Below, in pieces: positions 38,969-48,379 of a DNA stretch of 64,000 nt. The DNA is from an uncultured cyanobacterium (GTDB lineage Bacteria > Cyanobacteriota > Cyanobacteriia > Cyanobacteriales > CAWCAG01): assembly GCA_963803805.1 (NCBI GenBank), contig CAWDOD010000003.1, forward strand, positions 128,001 through 192,000. Reading direction: 5' to 3'. The translations under genes and the position numbers were made by a program. Within the stretch, counting starts at the first letter, position 1, and every line of letters begins with the position of its first letter. The notes under the pieces were generated by a model, which saw only the letters and a list, made by a program, of their open reading frames with translations, was not told the DNA's origin and did not search any database.

Positions 38969-40963
38969 ATGGCTATAATTGCAACTCCTGATCAGAATGA
39001 AATTAACTCAAATAACCTCATCACTGCCTTAACTCCTATTTACCAGGACTTAATCAACTATGCTCAACGTCAACAACAGCAAGAAGTTGAGGAAAAACCA
39101 ATTGATGTTATCTCAGAATTAGAAGCGATCGCATCTTCTCTCCCTCACTTAGAAAAGCTTTGTCAAACCTTCACCCTTTCTACCTTTGAGCGTAACATCC
39201 TCTTACTCTGTCTTTGTCGAGTAGTTTTTCCCGATGCTCCTTACTGGTTAACCCAAGCCCAAGGTAATCCCCGTGCAGATTATCCTACTCTGGGTTTGGC
39301 TTTGCAACTATGGCAAGATAACCATTGGAGCGCTGTAACTCCCACATCTTCTTTACGTCGCTGGCAACTGCTATTAGTTGACACTAACCAAGAAGATATT
39401 ACCCTGGCTCCCTTAAAAGTTGATGAAACTATTCTGCACTATTTAATGGAGGAAGATTACTATGATGCACAACTAGCCCGTTTCCTCAAGCCTTCAACTA
39501 TTCAAAGTTCTCAACTCCCTACATCTCACCAACAAATAGCTACTAATCTTATCAACATTTGGTCACCTTCATCTACCTACAATACAGTACCAATTGTGCA
39601 GTTATGTGGCCATTCACTAACTACCTGTGAAGAAATTGCGATTGCAGCCTGTCAGGAAAATAATTATCCCCTCTACTACCTTTCTGCTTCTCGACTACCT
39701 AACAACCCCGATGAATTATCATTTTTGCTGCAACGCTGGCATCGGCAAGTCAAGTTAATTGGTGGTGTGTTGTTGTTGGATTGTCATAACCTTCATCACA
39801 CAGACATGGTTAGGGAAGAAGCTATCTCTCGGTTAGTGGAAGATATAGAAACCCCCTTAATAATTTGCAGTGAGAAAAGGAAAAGTTGGCCCAGGCGGGA
39901 GGCGATCGCCTTTGACATACCTCAATTAACTCACGAAGAACAACTGGCACTGTGGCAAACTAATTTAGGTGAAGCAACCTCTCAACTGAATGGTACTGTA
40001 GAATCCCTGGTAACTAACTTTAGCCTCAGTAGTACAAAGATTAAAACTGCTTGTTTAACCACAACGGAACAGCAACAGCAAACTCCCTTAGCAGAACAAC
40101 TTTGGCACTTTTGTCGCACCCAAGCCCGTCCCCAATTAGATGATTTAGCACAACGGGTAGAAAGCCAAGCTACCTGGGAAGATTTGATCCTGCCGGAAAA
40201 AACAAAGAGTCTGTTGCAGGAATTAGCCAGCCAGGTACGCCAAAGGGCAAAGGTTTACCAAAAGTGGGGTTTAGCTAAACGTAGTGTTAGGGGTTTGGGA
40301 GTGAGTACCTTGTTTGCTGGGGAGAGTGGTACAGGTAAAACCCTGGCGGCTGAGGTTTTGGCGAACGAGTTTAAATTGGATCTCTATCGCATTGATTTAA
40401 GTAGGGTTGTAAGTAAGTATATTGGCGAGACGGAGAAAAACTTAGAGCGTATTTTTAGCGCAGCCGAAGGAGGGGGAGTAGTTTTGCTTTTTGACGAAGC
40501 GGATGCTCTTTTCGGCAAACGCACCCAGGTTAAAGATAGTCATGATCGCCATGCTAATGTAGAAGTTAGTTTCTTGCTACAACGGATGGAAGCATATCAA
40601 GGTTTAGCGATTTTAACCACAAACCTCAAAGAATCCCTCGACCAAGCTTTTCTGCGCCGTCTCCGTTTTATTGTTTCTTTTCCCTTTCCCGATGCTGATA
40701 GTAGAAGCAAAATCTGGCAACGGATGTATCCTCAACAAACCCCAACTAAAGGATTGAACTATGAAAGCTTAGGTCAACTATCGGTAACTGGGGGCAGCAT
40801 CCGCAACATTGCCCTTAATGCAGCTTTTCTCGCGGCTGAAGCTCAAGAGGCGGTGATGATGAAGCATATTTTGATAGCAACTAAGGCTGAGGCAATGAAA
40901 ATTGAAAAAATCCTCACTGATCGTGAAATTGCTGGTTGGATAACTGAAAGTTATGATTTTTAA
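38969..40963 (+). CDS. AAA+ ATPase, Afp15/Pvc15-like (eCIS-associated type)
   Basis: N-terminal LCQTFTLSTFERNILLL domain; degenerate first AAA module; Walker A FAGESGTGKT, VSKYIGETEKNL, Walker B LFDEAD, DQAFLRRLRF. Confidence 0.85.
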   Translation: MAIIATPDQNEINSNNLITALTPIYQDLINYAQRQQQQEVEEKPIDVISELEAIASSLPHLEKLCQTFTLSTFERNILLLCLCRVVFPDAPYWLTQAQGNPRADYPTLGLALQLWQDNHWSAVTPTSSLRRWQLLLVDTNQEDITLAPLKVDETILHYLMEEDYYDAQLARFLKPSTIQSSQLPTSHQQIATNLINIWSPSSTYNTVPIVQLCGHSLTTCEEIAIAACQENNYPLYYLSASRLPNNPDELSFLLQRWHRQVKLIGGVLLLDCHNLHHTDMVREEAISRLVEDIETPLIICSEKRKSWPRREAIAFDIPQLTHEEQLALWQTNLGEATSQLNGTVESLVTNFSLSSTKIKTACLTTTEQQQQTPLAEQLWHFCRTQARPQLDDLAQRVESQATWEDLILPEKTKSLLQELASQVRQRAKVYQKWGLAKRSVRGLGVSTLFAGESGTGKTLAAEVLANEFKLDLYRIDLSRVVSKYIGETEKNLERIFSAAEGGGVVLLFDEADALFGKRTQVKDSHDRHANVEVSFLLQRMEAYQGLAILTTNLKESLDQAFLRRLRFIVSFPFPDADSRSKIWQRMYPQQTPTKGLNYESLGQLSVTGGSIRNIALNAAFLAAEAQEAVMMKHILIATKAEAMKIEKILTDREIAGWITESYDF

Positions 40964-41085
40964 GTTATTTTGAGCAGCTTTTATGTTCCTCATATCTGTT
41001 GTCTCGTCTTGTGGTTGTATTGTCATAAAAATTATTATTTTGGCTGAGATGACTTTTAGGAATTCTGGCATTTTGATAGTCAACG

Positions 41086-42081
41086 CTACTTCAACAAATC
41101 TCGCCGGGGTTTAAAAGTTTCCACTTCTCGCAACTTCTCATACAATTCTTTTTCTTCAGGGCTAATTTCTTTAGGAATAATCACCTCTATTTCCACCAAT
41201 TGATCGCCCCGCTTCCCCTCTGCATCGGGATAACCTTTATTAGCTAAGCGTAATCTTTGACCAGATTTTACTCCTGGGGGAACATTCATCTTCACCAAAC
41301 CATCAAGGGTAGGCACTTCCACTGCCCCTCCTAAAACTGCTTCTGTGGGAGTTAAAGGCACTTGACAAAAAATCTCGTTCCCTCGTAAAGCGAAAAAGGC
41401 ATGAGGTTTAACCGTCATTTTTAAATAAAGATCCCCACCATTAATCCCTTGCCCCCGGAGACGAATCTTCTGTTGATCAACTATCCCTGCCGGCATTTCA
41501 ACTTCCAAAGAACGTCCATCTTCTAAACGAATACGTTCTTTCCCTCCTTGGTAAGCTTTTTCTAGGGGTAAAGTTAACCTAGCTTCGACATTACGGCGAC
41601 TTTTCTTAACCACAGGAGGGCGATCGCGATCATTTCCTCCTACGGTATAAGCGCTTTTAGTAGTTCCTGGGCGATAGGCATCTTTAGTAGTAATCCTAGT
41701 ACTAGGTGGTCTAGTTTTAACTCCCACTCCTGTTTCTCTGCGCCTACCCATCAACTGGTCAATAAAGCTATTAAAATCGCCATACTGACTGTAATCCACA
41801 CCCCGGCTAGTACTACTTCTTCCTCCAGCCGCCTTGCCTTTACGAAAGCCTTTCTGCTGCCAATAACGACTAAATTGGTCATACTCTGCCCGTTTAGCCC
41901 CGTCGGAGAGAACTTCATAAGCTTCCCCAAGATCCTTAAACTTCTCTTCAGCAATTTTATCCCCCGGATTTAAGTCAGGGTGGTACTTCCGGGCTAATTT
42001 CCGATAAGCCCGTTTAATCTCTTCTGCTGAGACATCTTTACTAATACCAAGAATCTCGTAGTAGTTACGGAAGTTTTGCAT
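41086..42081 (-). CDS. dnaJ: DnaJ-class chaperone (J-domain plus C-terminal domain, no zinc finger)
   Basis: HPD motif (KYHPDLNPG); downstream of dnaK3. Confidence 0.9.
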   Translation of the reverse strand: MQNFRNYYEILGISKDVSAEEIKRAYRKLARKYHPDLNPGDKIAEEKFKDLGEAYEVLSDGAKRAEYDQFSRYWQQKGFRKGKAAGGRSSTSRGVDYSQYGDFNSFIDQLMGRRRETGVGVKTRPPSTRITTKDAYRPGTTKSAYTVGGNDRDRPPVVKKSRRNVEARLTLPLEKAYQGGKERIRLEDGRSLEVEMPAGIVDQQKIRLRGQGINGGDLYLKMTVKPHAFFALRGNEIFCQVPLTPTEAVLGGAVEVPTLDGLVKMNVPPGVKSGQRLRLANKGYPDAEGKRGDQLVEIEVIIPKEISPEEKELYEKLREVETFKPRRDLLK

Positions 42082-42082
42082 A

Positions 42083-42202
42083 AGGAATTAGGAATTAGGG
42101 AATAGGGAATAGGGAATAGGGAATAGGGAAAGAATATACTGTTGTCCATTCCCTCAACTTTTCACGATTAGCAATTAGCAACTAGCAACTAGCAACTAGC
42201 AA
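42083..42202. repeat. STRR heptamer tracts between dnaK and dnaJ
   Basis: aggaatt/agggaat about 7 copies (42083-42130) and (t/c)tagcaa x5 (42168-42202). Confidence 0.8.
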
Positions 42203-42205
42203 TGA

Positions 42206-44443
42206 TTAAAACCAATCATCATCCTCCTCATCCCAATCATTTTCATATTCATAACGTCGGGGACGGTTTTTGCTGTTACGTTGGGGTTGGTATTCTTCAT
42301 CCTTGGGGCGGCGGGATCGGCGATCGCTGCGGTTCTCTTTGTATCCGTCGTCGTAAGAATCGTTGTAACGGGGCTGAGGACGTTCCTCATAAGGCTCTCT
42401 GTAGCGAGGTTGAGGGCGTTCCTCATAAGGATCTTTGTAGCGAGGTTGAGGGCGTTCCTCATAGGGATCTTTGTAGCGAGGTTTGGTGCGATCACCGTAG
42501 TCATCATAAGCACTTCCGCCGCTATATCCTGGCGAAATTCTAGGATTGTAGGGGGCTTCGTAATCAGGATCTTTTTCCCCGGTGAAGGTGCGTTTAATCG
42601 AACCAAAGAAGTCGTCTTCTTCGTCTTCATATTGCATCCTGATTTCTCTATTCAATTCATATAAGGTATCTTGTAAATCAGATTGCGCCCTATCTATACC
42701 CCTTTCGTCATCTTTTTCTAAGCTATTACGCATCTCCGCGATTAAAACTTCAATGCGACGGCGATAATAACTAGCAAATTGGCTACCAAAATCTAGGGTT
42801 ACTTCCCGGAGTCGCCTTTGGGATTGATCTATCAAAGCTTGGGCGCGATTACGTTTTTCGATTCTTTCCCGGCGTTCCCGATCTAATTGCGAAAACTCCT
42901 CCGCTTCCCGAATCATTTTGTTGATTTCTGTTTCGCTGAGGGTAGATGCCCCTTGAACAGTAACGGTTTGTTCTCTGCCAGTGGTTTTATCCATAGCAGA
43001 GACTTGGAGAATGCCATTAGCATCAATATCAAAAGCGACTTGAACTTGGGGTATCCCTCTAGGGGCAGGAGGAATACCTGTGAGTTTAAAACGTCCTAAT
43101 GATTTGTTGTCACCAGCCATTTCCCTTTCCCCTTGGAGGACATGGACTTCTACCATGGTTTGGTTGTTTTCCCCGGTAGAAAAGATGTCGGAACGGCGAA
43201 CGGGAATGGTAGTGTTGCGGGGGATGAGTTTTTTTGTTACTCCACCAATGGTTTCTAAACCCAAGGAGAGGGGGGTAACATCCAAAAGAAGAACGTCTTT
43301 GATTTCTCCCCCTAAAATCCCCGCTTGAATTGCTGCCCCCACTGCCACAACTTCATCAGGGTTAACATTTTGGTTGGGTTCTCGGTTAATCAAACTCTCC
43401 ACCAACTCCTGTACCATGGGAATACGAGTAGAACCCCCCACCAGTACCACGTCATCAATTTGTCTGGGGGTTAAGCCTGCATCCACCACAGCCCGTTTTA
43501 AGGGGCGGCGTAAGCGATTTACCAAATCCCCACACAATTCCTCAAACTGATTACGAGTTAACTGGGTTTCAATATGTTTTGGCCCCTCGTCTGTGGCGGT
43601 GATGAAGGGTAAGTTTATTTCTGTAACTGAAACCCCAGAAAGTTCAATCTTGGCCTTTTCCGCCGCTTCCATTAATCTTTGCAAAGATTGGCGATCGCGC
43701 CTTAAATCTACTTTTTCTGTTTCTAGGAACTGTTCGGCTAACCAATCAACAATTTTACGATCAAAATCATTGCCCCCTAACTGAGTATCACCGCTAGTAG
43801 AACGAACTTCAAATACTCCATCTCCCACTTCAAGGACAGAGACATCAAAAGTTCCTCCCCCCACATCAAATACGAGGATGGTACGATTATTTTTCTGTTC
43901 CAAACCGTATGCTAAAGAAGCAGCCGTAGGTTCATTAAAAATCCTTAAAACCTCCAACCCAGCAATCTTGCCGGCATCCCTAGTCGCTTGCCTTTGGGAA
44001 TCATTAAAATAAGCAGGAACTGTAATCACTGCCCCGGTAACTTCTTCCCCTAAATAACGACTAGCTTCTTCAGCTAGCTTCCGCAAAATCTTGGCCGCAA
44101 TTTCTTCCGGGGCGAATTCTTTACGCAAGCGAGGACACCTAATTTTGGGATTACCATTTTCATCCCGGCGAATGGTGTAGGGAACTTGCTTCGATTCTGG
44201 GGTTAGTTCTGAATACTTGCGCCCAATCAGACGTTTACCCCCATAAAAAGTGTTCTGAGGATTAAGAACAGCCTGCCTACGGGCCATTTGCCCCACCACC
44301 AACTCCCCATCTTTATTAAAACCAACTACAGAAGGAGTGGTGCGTGTTCCTTCTGAGTTTGGAATCACAATTGGCTTGCCACCTTCCATAACTGCTACTA
44401 CGGAGTTGGTTGTTCCCAAATCTATGCCGACTACTCTGCCCAT
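42206..44443 (-). CDS. dnaK: Molecular chaperone DnaK (DnaK3 type)
   Basis: [17 protein letters not shown] and DVGGGTFD; extended C-terminus ending WDEEDDDWF, typical of cyanobacterial DnaK3. Confidence 0.96.
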   Translation of the reverse strand: MGRVVGIDLGTTNSVVAVMEGGKPIVIPNSEGTRTTPSVVGFNKDGELVVGQMARRQAVLNPQNTFYGGKRLIGRKYSELTPESKQVPYTIRRDENGNPKIRCPRLRKEFAPEEIAAKILRKLAEEASRYLGEEVTGAVITVPAYFNDSQRQATRDAGKIAGLEVLRIFNEPTAASLAYGLEQKNNRTILVFDVGGGTFDVSVLEVGDGVFEVRSTSGDTQLGGNDFDRKIVDWLAEQFLETEKVDLRRDRQSLQRLMEAAEKAKIELSGVSVTEINLPFITATDEGPKHIETQLTRNQFEELCGDLVNRLRRPLKRAVVDAGLTPRQIDDVVLVGGSTRIPMVQELVESLINREPNQNVNPDEVVAVGAAIQAGILGGEIKDVLLLDVTPLSLGLETIGGVTKKLIPRNTTIPVRRSDIFSTGENNQTMVEVHVLQGEREMAGDNKSLGRFKLTGIPPAPRGIPQVQVAFDIDANGILQVSAMDKTTGREQTVTVQGASTLSETEINKMIREAEEFSQLDRERRERIEKRNRAQALIDQSQRRLREVTLDFGSQFASYYRRRIEVLIAEMRNSLEKDDERGIDRAQSDLQDTLYELNREIRMQYEDEEDDFFGSIKRTFTGEKDPDYEAPYNPRISPGYSGGSAYDDYGDRTKPRYKDPYEERPQPRYKDPYEERPQPRYREPYEERPQPRYNDSYDDGYKENRSDRRSRRPKDEEYQPQRNSKNRPRRYEYENDWDEEDDDWF
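42365..42482 (-). repeat. 36-bp intragenic tandem repeat in the DnaK3 tail ([12 protein letters not shown] x3+)
   Basis: gta(g/a)cg(a/g)gg at 42365, 42401, 42437 and 42473. Confidence 0.85.
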
Positions 44444-44554
44444 GGGCGCTTTTTTCTCCTGCTGTTGCTTCCCAGTTGTTAGCTAAGTTCGCACTCTAGC
44501 CTAACTAATTTACATAATATATATTGACTATTCTGAATTTATTCTATCTTGTGC

Positions 44555-45427
44555 TTATTGCTCCTTGCGTAAGTCTCGAATTGCTTCAATACTTAACCCT
44601 GTTGTTTGTGCGATCGCTTCATCATCTAGTTGATTAAGCAATTTCCTAGCAATGGCAAGTTTTTCTTGTTCTATTCCTTGTTTGATCCCCTCTTCTCGTC
44701 CTTCTTGCTTTCCTTCTTCTCTACCAAGCCTCACTGCCCCTTGCTGATCATAAATAAACATTTCTCTACGTTCCAAATCCTCTAATTCATCGGGGGTTAA
44801 GTTGGCTTGGTTGGCGATTTCAAAAGCTTGCTGAAGTTCGGAAGGGTTATCCATATTCTCCGGAATTGAAGTTAGTGAACGGGCCGATTTGATAAAATAA
44901 ATCCATTTATCGGTAATAGTTTCTAGTTGTGCTTCTTCTTTGGTAAATTTTGGTAACTCCACAAATACCAGTTCAATCTCGTTTTCCGGATAAAGCGAAG
45001 CATCCGATACTTCTCGATAGACAAAGCGAGAGGTAAAGTGATCACGTTGAGGAAACATTTCAAAATCAGTGAGGGTTAAGGCAATAACTGGTTTGAGCAT
45101 TCGGTAGCCTTCTCCCTTTTGGAGTTGAAAAGCATAAGTCTTGGCTGCATTGAACAAAACTCTTTTACCAAAAGACTCCACATTCAAAATCTGCATTTCA
45201 ATAATAATGATTGTGCCATCATTGAGTTTCGCTTTGACATCAAGGTAAGTATCTTTTAAGCCTTCTACTCTTGGAGGTAAGTTGGGATTGATGATTTCTA
45301 AGTCTTCAATGGTAGAATTGCCTTCATAAATCAAGGCATTGAGGAAACTAATGAGAATGTTTTTGCTTTGTTGAGAACCAAAGATTTTCTTAAAGGCGTA
45401 GTCAGTTTTAGGGTTTATAAATCTCAT
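44555..45427 (-). CDS. Rpn family recombination-promoting nuclease / putative transposase (PD-(D/E)XK)
   Basis: MRFINPKTDYAFKKIFGS, LDVKAKL, IIEMQ, FVELPKF; EEG-repeat tail; start trimmed to 45427. Confidence 0.9.
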   Translation of the reverse strand: MRFINPKTDYAFKKIFGSQQSKNILISFLNALIYEGNSTIEDLEIINPNLPPRVEGLKDTYLDVKAKLNDGTIIIIEMQILNVESFGKRVLFNAAKTYAFQLQKGEGYRMLKPVIALTLTDFEMFPQRDHFTSRFVYREVSDASLYPENEIELVFVELPKFTKEEAQLETITDKWIYFIKSARSLTSIPENMDNPSELQQAFEIANQANLTPDELEDLERREMFIYDQQGAVRLGREEGKQEGREEGIKQGIEQEKLAIARKLLNQLDDEAIAQTTGLSIEAIRDLRKEQ

Positions 45428-45472
45428 CACTCTAGCCAAACCTAAGTCTTGCAATATTCTAATAATTAAACT

Positions 45473-46987
45473 ATGGGAACTACTAAAATTGAACGAGTCC
45501 GGGGTGTTAATGACATCTTGCCTGATATTTGTGCTGTAGAACAGCAAATTGCTGAACAACTCAGTAGCTGTTTCCAATCTTTTGGCTATCATCCTATTGA
45601 CGTACCAATTCTGGAATATACAGAACTTTATTTACGTAAATCTGGTGAAGAATTAATTTCCCGGATGTATGATTTTACTTTTTATAACCGTCGCCTTTGC
45701 CTGCGTCCAGAGTTTACGGCTTCTATTGTTAGGGCGTATATTGATAATTTGCAAGGGCTGCCTCTACCCCTACGCCTCTATTATCAGGGGCCAGTATTTC
45801 GTTATGAAAAGCCTCAAAGGGGGAAATACCGCCAGTTTACTCAAATGGGAGTAGAAATGCTTGGGGCAGGAGGGGCTATGGCTGATGCTGAGGCGATCGC
45901 CACGGCTTGCAAATCATTGGCAAAGCTGGGTTTAAGTAATTATCGCCTGGTTATTGGCCATATTGGGGTTTTGAGTAAGTTTCTAGGAAGTTTAGATTTG
46001 GAAAATCGCCTCAGCAGCTTTTTGCTGGCGAATATGGAGATGTTACGCAAAGAAGGTAGGGAATATATAGAAAAGAGTTTGCAAGAGATTTATCCTTATT
46101 TTGGTGCTGCTGTAGAAGATATTCCTAGTACCAATAAATTAACTCAACTTTTCCAACATAGCTCTAATGAAGAAGCCAGGTTAGCGATTTTAGAACTAGT
46201 GGAGAGTATGAATATTAATTTGGATGATACTCGCCAACCAGAAGAAATTGCTGAACGCTTATTAGATAAAATTAAGCACCAAGATCAAAATCCAGGCATC
46301 AATAAAGCCCTGGGGTTTATGGAAGAATTGGGACAAATTAAAGGCAAGCCGGAAGAGGCTTTACCCCAAGCAGAGAAAGTTTTAAAGACTTATGAAATTG
46401 ATAGTGCTGCTTTAGGTGAATTGCAGGATATTCTCAAAAACCTTGAATTCTATGATATTAACCAAGAAAGCATTAGCTTGGATTTTGGAATGAGTCGCGG
46501 TTTGCAGTACTATACCGGGACAATTTTTGAGGTTCATCACGGTAATTCAGGACAAGGACAGCAGTTGTGCGGTGGCGGTAGATATGATGAATTAGTTGCT
46601 ACCCTTAGTGGTAAAAAGAATATCCCCGCTACCGGCTTTTCTTTCGGCATGGAAAGATTAAGACTAGCTTTGGAAGAGGAAAATTTATTACCAACAAAGG
46701 TGAAAGAAACTGTAGACGTTTTAGTTATTCCTGTAACTCCCCAAGAATATAGCTATGGTATCCAAGTAGCAGAAAAGTTGCGCCACGGCGGGTTAAAGGT
46801 AGAACTAGATGTACGAGGTAAGAATGTTTCTAGTAATTTACAATATGCAGTTAAACAAGGTATTCCTTTTGCTGCAATTTTAGGTTCACAAGAAGAAAAA
46901 GCCGCTAAGGTGATGTTAAGGAATTTAGCAGCTAATAAACAAGAACAAATTGCTATTAGTGAAGTTTTGACATTGATTCAAGGGTAA
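45473..46987 (+). CDS. hisS: Histidine--tRNA ligase (long insertion-domain type)
   Basis: LRPEFTAS, FRYEKPQRGKYRQFTQ, RGLQYYTG, GGGRYD and GFSFGMERL, plus a C-terminal anticodon-binding domain. Confidence 0.8.
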   Translation: MGTTKIERVRGVNDILPDICAVEQQIAEQLSSCFQSFGYHPIDVPILEYTELYLRKSGEELISRMYDFTFYNRRLCLRPEFTASIVRAYIDNLQGLPLPLRLYYQGPVFRYEKPQRGKYRQFTQMGVEMLGAGGAMADAEAIATACKSLAKLGLSNYRLVIGHIGVLSKFLGSLDLENRLSSFLLANMEMLRKEGREYIEKSLQEIYPYFGAAVEDIPSTNKLTQLFQHSSNEEARLAILELVESMNINLDDTRQPEEIAERLLDKIKHQDQNPGINKALGFMEELGQIKGKPEEALPQAEKVLKTYEIDSAALGELQDILKNLEFYDINQESISLDFGMSRGLQYYTGTIFEVHHGNSGQGQQLCGGGRYDELVATLSGKKNIPATGFSFGMERLRLALEEENLLPTKVKETVDVLVIPVTPQEYSYGIQVAEKLRHGGLKVELDVRGKNVSSNLQYAVKQGIPFAAILGSQEEKAAKVMLRNLAANKQEQIAISEVLTLIQG

Positions 46988-47068
46988 ATTAAGGTTAATT
47001 GCTAGTTGCTAGTTGTGGTCTTAGCTATCAACTACATTCACCATTTACTGATAACTGATAAGTGATTT

Positions 47069-47845
47069 ATGTCAATAAACCCCAAAAACGATTGTTGTTT
47101 TTCTGCTCTGGCTTTAAGCCCGCCTTATTGGGATTGTGCTGGAAAATTAGCAGAGAATTTAACTGAATTTGCACCAGGTATCAACTTAGTTGTGGCTACT
47201 GATAATGTTAGTTATTTCAAAGAGTTTGATAATGTAATTGCTATTCCTCATCGTCATTACTTTGGTTATCGTCCCTACAATGACAAACTATTTGCTATTG
47301 AGGCAGCACTACAAAGATTTTCTGTTGTTGTGCAAATAGATGTTGATATCACTTTGTTACAACCGCTTGAAACTATGGTTAGTAATAATTGGCAGCCCGG
47401 TATTACTGGTAGAAGTGAATCTTTAGTAGAACATACCCAAAAATATAATCCTAAAACTCTTGTTCATCTCGAAAAAATCTGCGATCGCCTAGAGCTAGAA
47501 CTAGATAATATTAGATGGATAGGAGAAAGTTTATTTGCTTTGAGACGAGATTCTGGCAAAGAACAGAGGTTTTTGGCTTGCTGGAGAAAGTTAGCACATT
47601 ACTGGGATATTCATAAGTTAGGTGCAGGGGAAGGGGCTATTCTTGGCTTGGCAGCAGCTTCTGTAGGGTGGGAAGTAGAAAAAAATGAACATTGGACAAA
47701 GCTGAAATCAGCTTTAGTACATCAAGATATACATAAGGACATTGTCGAGGCTCAATCAGCTAAGTTAAAACGGAGGTGGCACTATCGATTACGCATACTA
47801 CGCTCCAAACTTTTAGCGTTGAAGGACAGAGATTTTTATCAATAA
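47069..47845 (+). CDS. Hypothetical protein, possible GT-A fold glycosyltransferase
   Basis: VVATD...YNDKLFAI...QIDVD (DxD-like) pattern. Confidence 0.45.
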   Translation: MSINPKNDCCFSALALSPPYWDCAGKLAENLTEFAPGINLVVATDNVSYFKEFDNVIAIPHRHYFGYRPYNDKLFAIEAALQRFSVVVQIDVDITLLQPLETMVSNNWQPGITGRSESLVEHTQKYNPKTLVHLEKICDRLELELDNIRWIGESLFALRRDSGKEQRFLACWRKLAHYWDIHKLGAGEGAILGLAAASVGWEVEKNEHWTKLKSALVHQDIHKDIVEAQSAKLKRRWHYRLRILRSKLLALKDRDFYQ

Positions 47846-47895
47846 TATCTAGTGGTTTGTTGATTAAAAATTGACGGCTCAAGGGTTTCAAGACA

Positions 47896-47932
47896 ACTAG
47901 CTATTAGCCATTAGCCATTAGCTACTAGCAAT
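47896..47932. repeat. STRR heptamer tract between convergent genes
   Basis: actagct attagcc attagcc attagct actagca. Confidence 0.7.
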
Positions 47933-47935
47933 TAT

Positions 47936-48346
47936 TTACGTTTGCACCATCTTAGTTGACAAACCTGCCCAATCTCCGGAAGGAAGTTTACCTAAAATGT
48001 AAACATCAATTTCAGTTTCACCAACAAGATAAACCTGGAGGTTTTGAAGATTATCCTGGAGGGTAGAAACCAAATCTTGATACTGCTTCACCGTTTCTTT
48101 TTCCGAGGTATTGTGCCAATCTTTCTCTGTAGTTGCTTGTTGAAAAAACTTCTCAAATTCTACAGTTTTAATGGATACATTCTCTTGTTTAGCTATCTTT
48201 TCTAAAATAACTATCTCGTTGATTTCTGATAAATCTTCTTGAGAGTAAGTAAATACTTCAAAGGGATAATCTGATTCACTTATCCAAAGAAGATCAGTAG
48301 TTGCGAGACGTAATTTCTGGAGAATATCTAAATTAGTTTTGTCCAT
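47936..48346 (-). CDS. Nuclease A inhibitor (NuiA) family protein
   Basis: LLWISESDYPFE, FEKFF, VYLVGETEIDVYILG, GLSTKMVQT. Confidence 0.9.
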   Translation of the reverse strand: MDKTNLDILQKLRLATTDLLWISESDYPFEVFTYSQEDLSEINEIVILEKIAKQENVSIKTVEFEKFFQQATTEKDWHNTSEKETVKQYQDLVSTLQDNLQNLQVYLVGETEIDVYILGKLPSGDWAGLSTKMVQT

Positions 48347-48379
48347 TGCAAGTAATTATTTTAATAATGATAAATCATG

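Noticed and set aside
35350-39120. HIP1 depletion as proof of foreign origin of the toxin island
   Set aside because: No HIP1 site was seen here, but a longer gap (about 50.4-59.7 kb) covers ordinary genes, so the signal is not discriminating
37504-40963. Complete eCIS or T6SS locus
   Set aside because: No sheath, tube, baseplate, VgrG/PAAR or DUF4255 genes are present in the window
42196-42767. Alternative-frame and antisense ORFs over the dnaK tail (42196..42630, 42202..42543, 42281..42664, 42582..42767)
   Set aside because: By-products of the stop-poor 36-bp repeat inside dnaK
45428-45592. Long N-terminal extension of the Rpn ORF overlapping hisS
   Set aside because: Family similarity begins at MRFINPK (45427); the extension is antisense to hisS
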